From: Phyllobates terribilis
Lineage: Eukaryota
Length of the DNA: 64,000 bases
Direction: 5' to 3'
Assembly (NCBI RefSeq): GCF_046119375.1
Contig: NW_027362762.1
Location: 933,348,001 to 933,412,000, forward strand
Below, one piece after another: positions 35,201-47,366 of this stretch. How positions within the stretch are numbered: the first letter of the stretch is position 1; every line of letters begins with the position of its first letter. Both the position numbers and the translations under genes were made by a program. Under the pieces are notes generated by a model, which saw only the letters and a program-made list of their open reading frames with translations, was not told the origin of the DNA and ran no database searches.

Positions 35201-36401
35201 AAGTGGCTACGTCTACGCGTTAACCATTGTGGATCATTACTCCCGGTTCTTGGTTGTCGTCCCCGTTAAGGACTTAACGGCTCAAACAGCAGCTAGAGCC
35301 TTCCAGCAGCACTTCTGCCGTCCACACGGGTACCCGGACTAAGTGCTGACGGACCAGGGACCTGCCTTTGAAGCGGAGGTCTTCCAGGAATTCTGCAATC
35401 TGTATGGCTGCCGGAAGATAAGGACGACACCCTATCATCCGCAAACTAATGGACTTTGTGAGAAAATGAACCAGGTGGTAATGGATCTCCTGAAAACGTT
35501 GCCCCTGGAAGAACGCAGTCTGTGGCCTGAGAAGCTGCCCGATCTGGTGGACCTATACAACCACATCCCGGTAGGTTCCACCAACTGTACCCCGGCTTAC
35601 CTAATGAGGGCGAGACCTGGTAAGTTACCTGTTGACCTGGAAATGGGAGTCCTGACACCCGAGGACACTTCCCCAGAAGCAGACTGGGACACAGAGAGGC
35701 AGCAGCAGTACCGGAAAGTACAGGAGAGCGTGGAGCGAAGTCTCTGTCAGGCTAGGGAAAGACAAGAGAAAACTTACAACCAGTATGCTCCCGCTGTTCC
35801 CCTGGTACCCGGAGAGCAGGTCTTGAAGAGGAAAAGACGGCTCCACAAGTTGGACGACCAGTGGGAGAAGGACCCGTACACCGTACTGCCCTCAAGCCAC
35901 GAGAACCCGAAAGTCTGTACCATCAGTAAAGACGGAGGGGAGACCATAGCCATTGTATCCCGGGATCACCTGAAGAAGTGTCCTGAACAGCTACGGAACC
36001 CTGAAGAGGAACAAGAAGACCATCGACCCGTAGAGGAAAGGGAGGATATGGTTAGTACTGTGCTCGGAGACTTCCCTCGGTCCTGGACTCAAGTCAATGG
36101 TGCAGTTGTGGTACCCGTCCTCACGTTCCTCCAACCAGCATCCCAAGTGCCTACGGAGCAACAGGTAGAGCTGGAAGAGCAGCCGGTCCAGGAGGCAGAA
36201 GACTCCACACAAGCAGAACAGGAGGATCAACCCTCTGCTTATAGTGAGCCTGCCGTACCCCTAGTGAGCCAAAGAGCCGGTAGACAGCTGCCCAGTTTAC
36301 CCTTGACAGCTCCTACACCCTGTAGTTCAGGGCTAGACAGTCAGCTCCGTAGGTCCACTAGGGCCACTAGAGGCCAGTTACCCGCACGTTGGAGGATTTG
36401 A
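32271..36401 (+). pseudogene. Gypsy Pol (PR-RT-RNaseH-IN) with two in-frame TAA stops
   Basis: Motifs LLDTGSQ, YLDD, YTDAS, HDGAGH...CRDC, ALDH, TDQG and GLCEKMN all lie in one frame. Stops are at 33834-36 and 35340-42. Confidence 0.92.
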
Positions 36402-36756
36402 AGTGTATAAATTGTTTTATTTGTGGTTACCTGTTTTTCTTGTTGCTTGTGTATAATTATGTGTTTCTAGTTATTTATACGAGTCCTTGGTGGATTTACC
36501 GGGAATCCTTGTACATGGTTGGAGCGTAACCTAGGAATGGACTAAAGACTGTTAAGGACTCGGGGCAGGACAGACCCCTACCTGGTTACGTCTCCCTGTT
36601 TTGGTGAAATGGACACCTTGCTTTTCTTCAAAGACTGCACCCGGTTGCGGACACGCCGTAACCATCTTTATGTGTTTTTCTTATTGTATTATTATTGTTT
36701 ATACCTTGTTATGTTTTTCTAAAAATATGTTTAGTCCCGGAGTACTAAATTTCACT

Positions 36757-36765
36757 AGGGGGGAA
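36757..36765 (+). other. Polypurine tract
   Basis: AGGGGGGAA immediately before the 3' LTR TG. Confidence 0.85.
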
Positions 36766-37762
36766 TGTGGCACCCCAGGGGTCTGGTTTCCACAGTAACG
36801 GCAATGTTATGTCTGAGAGCAGGTGGGAGGTCTCTTGGTCAGGGATCCTGTGCATGCCACACCTCCTGCCCAGTCCTGGGAGGGGAAGAACTTCCCCTAT
36901 AAAAACCTAGGGCTGAGGCAGGGTTAGTGAGTAGAGAAGAAGTAGAGACAGAGAAGAGAAGCAGCATAGGAAGAAACAACAGGAGCTCTGTGGGAGCAGT
37001 ACTACAAAGAGTCAGGGGCTGGCAGCTGCAGAGCTCGCCCTGACTGAGAAGCTATCACCGGACCCGGAGTCCGAGGCTGTGGGGACTAACTCCTATCCAG
37101 CAGCAGAAACCGACCGGCAGGGGATTTCAGGTCCTCTGGCCAAGAAACCCGAAGGCACGGTCACACGCGTGGGACCAGCACCGCCGTCGTGGAGCGGAAG
37201 CTACTAGAAGGCCCCGAGTCACCGGCCATACGGGTGAGCACCACACGGTACACTCAGGGACGTGGGCTACTTATACCCGCCTCTAGCAAGGTAGCCAGAA
37301 GAGTACAGTTAGTTTGGGAGGCCTACAACTCCGCCTGGCCAGGGGAGATCCCATCTGCTCAAGGACTGACCAGGCCCCAATCGCTAGCCAGTACTCCGGG
37401 AGGGTCTATCTTTGTCACCAGTAAAGACCCTGAACTACACCGTACCGTCTCCGAGTGGTTCCTGCTACCCCCATCATCCACGTCGGCTGCCCTGAGGCCA
37501 TACCCCTCCCGTTGGGGGTGATACTATCACGCTGCACAATCCTACCACCGGCCTCAGCGGTCTGCCCTGCAGCGGCAGCTCCTTCGCTGCATTCAACGGG
37601 TGGCGTAGTCGTACAACATCTACCACTAATACAGCGCCACTTAGTCTGACTCCCTGGGCACGGACCGGGTCACCGCCACGAGACTACAACCCTTAACAGA
37701 TCCGGCTCCGGGTAAGCTCCCGCGTGCGCAACGCTGCGCGACACAGGCCCAGGGGTGCGTCA

Positions 37763-38552
37763 CATGCTTCACAGGATTCCAGGGTGGGAGGGAGGGGAGT
37801 GCTTCACAGGATTCCGGGGGGGGGGGGGGGGGGCGTGCTTCACAGGATTCCAGGGTGGGAGGGAGGGGAGTGCTTCACAGGATTCCAGGGTGGGAGGGAG
37901 GGGCGTGCTTCACAGGATTCCAGGGTGGGAGGGAGGGGCATGCTTCACAGGATTCCAGGGGGGGGGGCGCGTGCTTCACAGGATTCCAGGGTGGGAGGGA
38001 GGGGCGTGCTTCACAGGATTCCAGGGTGGGAGGGAGGGGCGTGCTTCACAGGATTCCAGGGTGGGAGGGGGGGCGTGCTTCACAGGATTCCAGGGGGGCG
38101 GCGTGCTTCACAGGATTCCAGGGTGGGAGGGAGGGGTGTGCTTCACAGGATTCCAGGGGGGAGGCGTGCTTCACAGGATTCCAGGGTGGGAGGGAGGGGC
38201 GTGCTTCACAGGATTCCAGGGGGGCGGCGTGCTTCACAGGATTCCAAGGGGGGGGGCGGCGTGCTTCACAGGATTCCAAGGGGGGGGGGGGGGGGGGAGT
38301 GCTTCACAGGATTCCAAGGGGGGGGGGGGGGGGGAGTGCTTCACAGGATTCCAAAGGGGGGGGGGAGTGCTTCACAGGATTCCAAGGGGGGGGGGCGTGC
38401 TTCACAGGATTCCAAGGGGGGGGGAGGGAAGTGCTTCACAGGATTCCAAGGGGGGAGGGGGGGCGTGCTTCACAGGATTCCAAGGGGGGGGAGGGAAGTG
38501 CTTCACAGGATTCCAAGGGGGCGGCGTGCTTCACAGGATTCCAAGGGGGCAT
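37763..38552 (+). repeat. G-rich minisatellite, right part
   Basis: About 24 units with the same core. Distal units switch to CCAA followed by long G runs. Confidence 0.95.
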
Positions 38553-38840
38553 GTCTTTTGGTTACTTTGCATAATTACCCTGTGAGCCACACCCCTTTGG
38601 TAAGGACCATATACAGTAGCACTAAATAAAAATGCCTGTATGACAGATTTAAAAACACAAAAAAGACTAATAAAAAGACAATCCATTGCCACTGGTGAAG
38701 AGGTTATCACCCGGCTTTACTAGTGGCAAATCTGCACAGGTAGTCAGAGGTAGATCCACCTGCTCCCAATCTTTGTAGCCATATTTTTCCCCTTTGCCAC
38801 AAAAAAAAAATACTAAAAATAATAGCAGAATGATACGTAC

Positions 38841-38974
38841 ACTTGCTCCATCGGGTATTAGCACAGACTTTCCTGGGGCCAGGTGCGCCAGACTATGCAG
38901 GGCGGTATAGACACATAATCCATCCCGTATTGTTCCGGCCGCCTCCACCCAGCTCACCTTATCCGGCTTGTGAA
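38841..38974 (-). CDS. CRYZL1: CRYZL1 coding exon 6
   Basis: 134 nt, (V)[44 protein letters not shown]. Confidence 0.95.
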
Positions 38975-40746
38975 CTGGTAATGAGAATATCACACAGGAA
39001 TTACTTAAATGGTCGCCATTTCATCAAACAATATAAATAGTGTAAGCAAATATAAGAACCTTAGTAACATACTGTATATTATCAGAGAAATATGCCAGTT
39101 TCTCCACTTAGCAGCCACTTCTTCCCCCTCCCCCCTAAACTCATCATCTATGTGGAAAAAACACTAAAATCTACCAGATCACTGAGGGATCAGATTACAG
39201 CTGCCTATTTAAGTCTATGAAGAGAGAAAGTGGAAAGAACAATAGGCAGATCACTTCCATTTTCTATTACGGTGTTTTATTTCATCCTGGATTCACAGCT
39301 ACACTGCTGAATACCTATTATTGCCGGCCACTGTGCTATATAGAGCCAAGCAGAGGGGAAAATGGGTGATAAATTACTGCACTTGGTTCGATGTTGTTAT
39401 CGGACCTGATTGGGTTCACATGGCGGTCTACCATCATATCCAGTAACCTACTTTCATACACCTCTATTCACCCGCTGTTAACTCTCGCACTGCTGACACT
39501 CAGAGATTTCACGGCGACACGTTGTTCTGCTGACGCTCACCTACTGGGATCATAATTTTTGTAGATTTCCTCGAGCTTCTCATAATCCTCTCCTGGGTGT
39601 CTGCAAATTTTTTTCTTTTTTTGGCATTGGCCATAAATCCTGGGTTACACCACTTCCCCGCCATAGCATGCATACCGCTTTATGTAGGAACAGAAAGGTC
39701 AGGAAATTTCCCAGCAGAACAGTAGTGTGTTTTTGTAAATGACCCTGTAAGTACATCGGCCTCCACTGTCAAAATTCACCAACTTGTACGCTCAAACAGC
39801 ACTACTGCCCTCTGCAGAGAACTACCCTGCTGGCAGCACTGCCGTATAAGAGAGAAAAAAATCCTAATACTAACTCACCATGTAGATTGCATACTAAAAA
39901 TATGGTTAAAAGGAGTTTTCCAGGATTAAAAAACAAACAAAAAACAAAAACAGTGCCACACTTGTCTACAGGTTGAGTCGGTATTGCATGTAAGCTGAAT
40001 TAATCATGGTTAAGGGTGAGTTGCAATACCATGCTTGACCTGTAGACCATAGTGGCGCTATTTTTAGGAAGAAAGTACCTATGTTTTTCTAGTTCTGGAT
40101 AACGTCTTTAAAAGTATGGCATTTTGGCTCAAAGTTGACTGTGGTGCGATCCACATCTTTTAATACAATGCAGATGAAAGAATTCATGTCTGGGAATGAC
40201 TGAGATGACCCTGGACAGGAAAGACGGAGAAGAAGGACGGGGGTCCTGGAACAGGAAGCACAGGATACAGCAGCAGATGAGGGGGAACAGACACAATGCT
40301 GACACAGGAAGGATGAGCGAAAACAATGAAAGTAAGTGATAAAACGCTGCGCTCGTGATCGGTGGGATCACTTCCATAGATTTGCTTTCTAGGTGATCCA
40401 GGTTCAGGTCCCATTATTTTTTTTAAAACACATAATACAAAGACTTTACTTTTCCATTTTTCCATAGAAAAAGATTTTAATATTCTGCATTGAATCTGTG
40501 ACTGCCGGATGGGTCTTGCTGGGAATATAGCTAGGGTGGGCTATCGGGGCAGGTATCCTAGGTCCATTGTGGAAGGGAGACCACCAACAAACCATTTTAT
40601 TTGACCAAGATGTTAAAGAAGTTCATAAATACATAATTTTTGTTACTTGGTGTAAATGCCGCTGTTCTCCTGAATCCAGAGCTGTTTTTCTTTTGTTCCT
40701 GCTCCTGTCCCTTCTTGAGATATGGCCTCCTCTTCCATGTATAAAA

Positions 40747-40784
<38 letters not shown>

Positions 40785-41140
40785 CCAAGTGGGTGTGGTC
40801 CTCTCTTTGGGAGTCTCCTTGTGGACCAGGCCCACTTAGCTAAAAAGATGAGTGCGGAGCAGGATGTTAGGCAAGAATCAGGGAAATCATTATTCAGTGT
40901 GTACTGAGCGCTGAGGGTTCACAGCACCGCCCTCATGACTGTAGACAAGCGGCTGCAGGAAGAATAGGACATTTTTCTCCCTGCACCTGTGCGCACAATT
41001 AGACACCCACGTATATTTAAAACTTCATTTACCTGCATACTATCGTTGCAGGTAAATACTGTTTTTTTTTTTTTTTTTTTGCTGACTGGTTCCTTTAAAG
41101 ACTTTGCAGAAACAAAGAAAATTACACATTTTTACTTTAC

Positions 41141-41209
41141 CTAAATGATGCTCATGCATCCAGATGACATCACAAAGGCCGGACTCTTCAAAATCAAGAG
41201 GCAAAATCC
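41141..41209 (-). CDS. CRYZL1: CRYZL1 coding exon 5
   Basis: 69 nt, (G)ILPLDFEESGLCDVIWMHEHHL. Confidence 0.93.
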   Translation of the reverse strand, partial: GFCLLILKSPAFVMSSGCMSII

Positions 41210-42391
41210 CTGTAAGATAAAAATAGTAATAAACAATAAACTTCATTCCCATGTGCTTATATAGTCACATCTGAATTAGGCCATAAACAACCCACATCTG
41301 ATCATTCCCAGGAAAGACCATCCGCTAAGAATGAAGAAGACCAAATCTACCTAAAGTGCTCGTATGGAGATATCAGAAAATGACGCCCGAACCCGTAAAA
41401 CGGAAATCCCAACAATGAGAAAACAAGCTCATTTTTTACATTTCTGATAAAAAGAATATGATCCTGATTTAGCAAGCAGTTTTCTGGCATTAAAAAAAAA
41501 TGCTTGAAAGGTCACAACATTTTTGCACAATGTGAATTTGGGCAAATTTTTTTTTTTTTTTTTTTTTTTTATACAATTTTTGGAGTTTTTACTCCAGTCC
41601 TGGCCATCTCTGACAACTTTATGATAAGTGAGAGTAAGGGTGAAATGGGTCAAATTCATCATAATTTACGCCACAAAAGGTGGCATAAAATTATGACAAA
41701 CACATTCCAGTCCCTGGCTGGAGTAATATTTCTTTAAGTTGAAAAAAAAGCTCAAAATTAATTAAAAAAACAATTTATTTATTTTTTACACTATACGTCT
41801 AAAAACTAACAGGCGGGTAGTTGGTTTCTACCTGCCTGTTGTGCACGGCGCCGATCTGTCGACACAGAGTGTTCACGGACCGCTCCTGCCAGCGATTCAG
41901 CGGCTTCCGCTGACGTCACGTCGACAGGGCAGCGGCTTCTCTTCCGCTCTGCTTTGTCGATGGCGCACCACTGTCAACGTTATGCTGATTGACAGCCGGC
42001 TCCCCGCTGCAGAACAAAAGCGCCATCTGCTGTCCACTCAAGATAATTTCTGTAACATAAGCCTGCAGCTGTTGTATACTCCGACAGAAATTGTTGGGAC
42101 TTTCATAATAAGAATATTAATTTATCTAATTTCCATCTGAAACAACTTTATATGTGGTTGAATAATTCCTTTAAGCAAAGAGAGTGCAGAAACACATGGA
42201 CTCCAGGATCAGACTGCACAGGGTGTGTTTGAAGTTAATAACCACAGAGACACATAGTTTGGCACAGGAGCTGCATACAGAAAACGGTGACAGATTTTTT
42301 TAAATCAAAATTAATTAACTTCAGACACTAGCAAAGCATGAAGAAATCCAGTCATAATTAGGTTGCCTTTCGGCATAATTCGGACACTCAC

Positions 42392-42436
42392 CTACAACTT
42401 CATCATCTGGCTTAAAGAAGGATACTTTAGGTCCCA
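42392..42436 (-). CDS. CRYZL1: CRYZL1 coding exon 4
   Basis: 45 nt, (V)GPKVSFFKPDDEVV; donor GTGAGT. Confidence 0.93.
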   Translation of the reverse strand, partial: WDLKYPSLSQMMKL

Positions 42437-43386
42437 CTAAAGTAAAAAAAAAAAATAAAATTGCCTTTAATATCCGAGATACGTTTAGGACGTCTTAGAG
42501 CGTTGTGTAAATCTAGTGTTGCTTATGCTGTATTCACCAATACCTGTTGAGGAATAAGCAGTGGGCAGTGTCTGGTGTCATTCGCGGTCACTTTCTGCAC
42601 TGCCAGATAAAAGTTTACAGGGATCGTCGTTTTTAGACAACACATTTTTATTTGTTGGCCTCCTAATATGCTGAGCATAGAGTTTGCCTCTGTTTAGCCC
42701 CCGAGCCATTGTCTGAAATTACTTTTTCATTTCCCTACAGCTCCCCCGCAGGAGAAAAGAAGTATCACACAGTTCCAACTAAAATCATGTAATGTGCAGG
42801 GTCTTATTATAACACAAAATATGTTCTGTGTAGATGGTGTCCGCTGTAGTAAAATACACGGGGGTGCTGAATCCCCTCTTAACAAGCTTAGAATTCTGCA
42901 ATAGGATATTGGGGTTTCTAAATTATATAGACAAATGGTTCAGCTGCGTCAGACTAAAATGGAGATTATCATTCACATCTACCTTATCTCTCTTTCCCCT
43001 AAACAGCTCATTATTCCCCCCCCCCCCCAAAATCAAAAGAACGGGGCTCTGCAACGCCAGGAATGAGTAGAGGTGCACAGACTCCCATTACTGTCTATGG
43101 GACTTCTGGCCGAGTGCCGTGCTCAGCAGTCCCATAGACAATGAATGGAGCGGATCTCCACTCCATTCAGGACAAGGATGTAACACCCTGATCTTTGGAT
43201 GCCTGGGGGTCCCAGCACTCAGACCCCTGGCGATAAGCAAGCTAGAGTAGGAAGATAACTTTTTTTTTTGGGGGGGGGGGGGGGATAGCCCAAGACTGCA
43301 ATAAAAGAATAAAAATGTATAAAACACAAACAAAGAAATACATTTTACCCAATGCACCGTAATGTGCGATAATCACCCGCACTCAC

Positions 43387-43459
43387 CTTCCAGGATCACT
43401 CCGGCTATGTCTCTCCCCACTGGAACATATTCTTTGCTTTGATAAAATGCTGAAATAAG
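43387..43459 (-). CDS. CRYZL1: CRYZL1 coding exon 3
   Basis: 73 nt, LISAFYQSKEYVPVGRDIAGVILE; donor GTGAGT. Confidence 0.92.
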
Positions 43460-43844
43460 CTGAATAAAGGTAAAAAAAAAATCTATGACTTCCCTTATTG
43501 GATAATATTCACACTAGAATGAGCTACAGTATATCCTGCCCCTAAGCCATAGCGATATAAAGAAAATCTATACATCTCCACCTGGAGAAACCTAGGAGAA
43601 AGAGTAGTCAGAAAACGACCTAGTCTGTCAATCGGGTTTTATGTTAATGGATTTTTTTTTTTTGACTATTTTTTCCCCCATATCATTATCTTTAAGTAAA
43701 AATAAAATACAATACATGTCACTAGGCCAAATATTAGACTCCTACTTCCTGTTCTTTACATGGACATTAGCAGCAGTAGACTCAACCAGACCCCATATAT
43801 TTGTATTATCTAGCAGTATCCGAACATGCTGTAATCTGGAAAAA

Positions 43845-44870
43845 GAGGAGGAGGTGAGCTGTGATATCACCCATTGTGAATGATGGATCCTGTGTTATCT
43901 ACTGTATATAGAGGTATTATCAGTCATTGTACAGGAGAAGGTGAGCTGTGATATCACCCATTGTGAATGGCAGATCCTGTGTTATCTACTGTATATAGAG
44001 GTGTTATCAGTCATTGTACAGGAGGAGGAGGTGAGCTGTGATCTCACCTATTGTGAATGGTGGATCCTGTGTTATCTACTGTATATAGAGGTGTTATCAG
44101 TCATTGTAGAGGAGGAGGAGGTGAGCTGTGATATCACCGATTGTGAATGGTGGATCCTGTGTTATCTACTGTATATAGAGGTGTTGGTGTATGAATAGAT
44201 GAAGTTTTACAGATAGAAATGTAATAGAGATACAGCGAAAAGTATTGCCTCACTGGATATTTTAGAATTACTAGTCAACTTTAATCAATTTACGTTTCAG
44301 TTCAGACTCCCAGGTTTTTTCTTTGCAGTCTAGTGTGCTTTAGTGCATTTAAGGGTGTGGCCGCCCTTTGTCTGAGTTGAAAGGTTCATTCTGCCTCCCA
44401 GGTCTATGTCTCTACTACGGGTTCAGTCTCTCTGCCCTTATCCATATGTATGTCACTTGACAAATGATAAGATTTTAATATTAGAGTTAGGACTGTCCCA
44501 TAAGGGTTACCGTGAAGTGGTGGGATGGCTTTTACATTATTTTGATTAAAATTATGTTAACTAAATACCCTTTATTATTTATCATTATTTTTGCACTGTG
44601 TGATTTACCCATTTACTTCCAGTTATTTGGGTATTTTGCTTGTTTTTGGTTTTTCTCTGTATATAGAAGTGTTATCAGTCATTGTACAGGAGGAGGAGGA
44701 GGTGAGCTGTGACATCACCTATTCTGAATGGTGGATCCTGTGTTATCTACTGTATATAGAGGTGTTATCAGTCATTGTACAAGAGGAGGAGGAGGTGAGT
44801 TGTGACTTCACCTATTCTGAATGGTGGATCTTGTGTCATCTACTGTATAGAGGGGTGTTATCAAGCACCG
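43845..44870. repeat. ~90-bp tandem repeat (about 6 units) split by a 471-bp insert
   Basis: The GTGAG(C/T) anchor occurs at 43854, 43941, 44031, 44121, 44702 and 44795. A non-repeat insert lies at 44186-44656. Confidence 0.85.
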
Positions 44871-45577
44871 GATGACAATGATCAATGATAATGAGACAGT
44901 TGAAATTTTCCCTGTATAAAGCAGAACGTATAAGCCTAGAGAAAAGTGCAAGATTTTTTTTATTCTTAATATGAAAAATTATCACAATTTTAAATAAATA
45001 TATTTAACAAAAAAAACTGATATAAATAATTGATCACATTCCAATTCATATTTCTTTTAACATTATGTCACTGAACTGTCATTTATGCAGGTATTCTATA
45101 ATATGATACATAACGGGGTTTTCACTGATGGGACCCCCAGTGATCACACATACATACTGCTGTCTATTCATTGTCTATGGACTGCCAAATAGCCGAGACT
45201 CTATTCATCTGTCTCTGCCAGTCCCATAGACAACGATTGGAGTGGTAGTGCAGATGCTTAACCAAATATTTATTTACACGGGGTACTCAAGACCCTTCCG
45301 TTGGAGATCAATAGGCGTCATGGCTGTGGGCCCCCCCCCAACAGCGGTTAGACACTTATTACCAATGGTGTGAATAGGAGGTAAATGGTTTTTTTTTAGC
45401 GTGATAACGCCTTTAAAAAGGAGTGTAATCAGAATGTGTTGAACACTATATGAAGTGAGAAGTGATTGGGAGAGATACAGGGAAGACACAACCCGCTCAT
45501 CAGATGGAGACATAGCTTTCATCTCTAATCTCTGTGAATGATCCATACTTCCCAAAGATGTCATAAAGAGAAGTTAA

Positions 45578-46011
45578 AGGGCATTTGTCAGCAGGTTTTT
45601 GTTATGTAATCTGATAGCAGCATGATGTAGGGGCTGAGACCCTGATTGCAGCGATGCGTCACTTACTAGGCTGGTTGTTGTTTTGATAAAATCAGAGTTT
45701 TATCAACAGGAGATTATCACTCCAGGACTAGGTGTCTCGTGCCTCATGGTTCAACCACACCGACAACTCTGATTGGCAGCTTTCTGTGTACACTGTATAT
45801 TTACAGAAAGCAGCCAATCAGTGGTGGTGGGCGGGGTTACACACAGCTTAGCATTCTGAGCTCTGCTAGATCTGCAGGAGAAAAAAAAAGGGATTCTATC
45901 ACAACTGCTGCACCCAGTAAACTAAGTGATACATCACTGGAATTGGGGGTCTCAGCCCCTATATCAGCTTGCTCTCAGAATACATAGCAAAAACCTGCTG
46001 ACAGATTCCCT
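45578..46011. mobile_element. Kolobok/T2-type MITE
   Basis: TTAA at 45574-77 and 46012-15. TIRs AGGGCATTTGTCAGCAGGTTTTTG / CAAAAACCTGCTGACAGATTCCCT. Confidence 0.8.
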
Positions 46012-47114
46012 TTAATTTTTTTTTTGGAAGTTTTGGGGGCATTATGGGGCAAAACAGGGATGGGACTTAAAATGTTCCACTATTTGGAATTTAACCATTG
46101 CCATCTTACTTTATGATCAACAGTGGTTCAACCTCCGGGATCGCAGTGCTGACTCTTAAGGTATGTGACCACGATCCGGAGCCACTGTGGCCCCGATGCT
46201 GCAGAATGGCCGCACCACTTCCGGCCTCATTATGCAAATGAATGTCCGCAATTTTTTTTTTTTTTCACATGCGGACTTTGATGATAGATGTTAGTCTATG
46301 GGCAAAGTCCACATGTGGACCCGCAAGAGAAATTGACATGCTGCGGTCCTGAAAGACGAGCCACATGTCAGTTTCCGCGGATGACCCACAGGTGCACGGA
46401 GACGCATATCGGACATGGGATTTCTAGAAATCCATCCACTATGCTGTAACATCTGGCCGCTGCGGGTTTGACGCTGCATAAATATGCAGCGTCAAAACCG
46501 CAGCAAATCCTGATCATGGGCACATAACATACCCTTAAAGGAGTATTCCCATCTCCAAGATCCTATCCCAATATATAGTAGGTGTAATATTATTAGCAAA
46601 TACCTCCAATTAGAAATGTAGTATAGTTCTTCTGATTTGCTATGTCACTTTCCCCTTGTGCAGGGCATTGCAGTAGCTTAGGTACCCATGATTACGACTG
46701 CTAACAATTAACTAAATGTCACTATGTGTGCAGTGCTACTGCAATGCCCTACACACTGGATAAGCGACATAGTGAATCAGAAGAACTAGACTACATTTCT
46801 AATTATTTATTAATGTCATTATTATTACACCTACTACATATTGGGATAGACATTAGACTAAACATCGGCCGAACCGGCTGATATCAACAGGTTTATCCGA
46901 CAGTCGAATGAGTATGGGGTGGTGGGGGGGTCTCCCGACTGTCCCCTGATGAATGATGTTGGGGGACAGAAGTATCCAGAATGTTCAATTTCAGACTTTC
47001 GATTCTTTTGTTCTCCAAGACATCATTGGTTTAACTAACATTCGTCTGACAGCCAACCGATGTGTATGGGGGGCTTTACTGTATTTATTTACCATGAATG
47101 CACTGGACAGATAC

Positions 47115-47192
47115 CTTAGTATTTATGGGGGTCAGGGCACAGGCTTTCACTTGTAGTTTCACATGATAGTCACTAGGTGAAGACGCAGGTTC
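47115..47192 (-). CDS. CRYZL1: CRYZL1 coding exon 2
   Basis: 78 nt, EPASSPSDYHVKLQVKACALTPINTK. Confidence 0.94.
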
Positions 47193-47300
47193 CTGAGAAA
47201 TATAAAGAAATCCGGAAATTATATAAATGAACAGGTAAAAAAAAATAAAATAAATAATGCACTTAAAATCTGTATATTCCAGAAATGAAGGACTCCTTAC

Positions 47301-47366
47301 GTTTTCCTGAAACACAAACGTCTCCTCATCCCGGGAGGTGGTAATTCTGTAGTACAGCCCTTTCAT
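47301..47366 (-). CDS. CRYZL1: CRYZL1 coding exon 1 (ATG); exon begins at 47372
   Basis: cttgctctag|GTCGGC ATG...: MKGLYYRITTSRDEETFVFQEN|gtaagg. Matches the recalled CRYZL1 N-terminus MKGLY...FVFQE. Confidence 0.94.

Larger units (their letters stand above)
29872..37762 (+). mobile_element. Full-length, very young Ty3/Gypsy LTR retrotransposon (7891 bp), antisense in a CRYZL1 intron
   Basis: TG...CA LTRs at 29872-30868 and 36766-37762 (997 bp each; only 2 differences found by eye, 30171/37065 and 30800/37694). TSD CATG at 29868-71 and 37763-66. PBS, PPT, gag and pol are present in PR-RT-RH-IN order. Confidence 0.97.

Noticed and set aside
29385-38552. CRISPR-like look: constant TGCTTCACAGGATTCCA separated by variable spacers
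   Set aside because: The spacers are all related G-runs rather than unique sequences, there are no cas genes, and the context is a vertebrate intron. It is a minisatellite.
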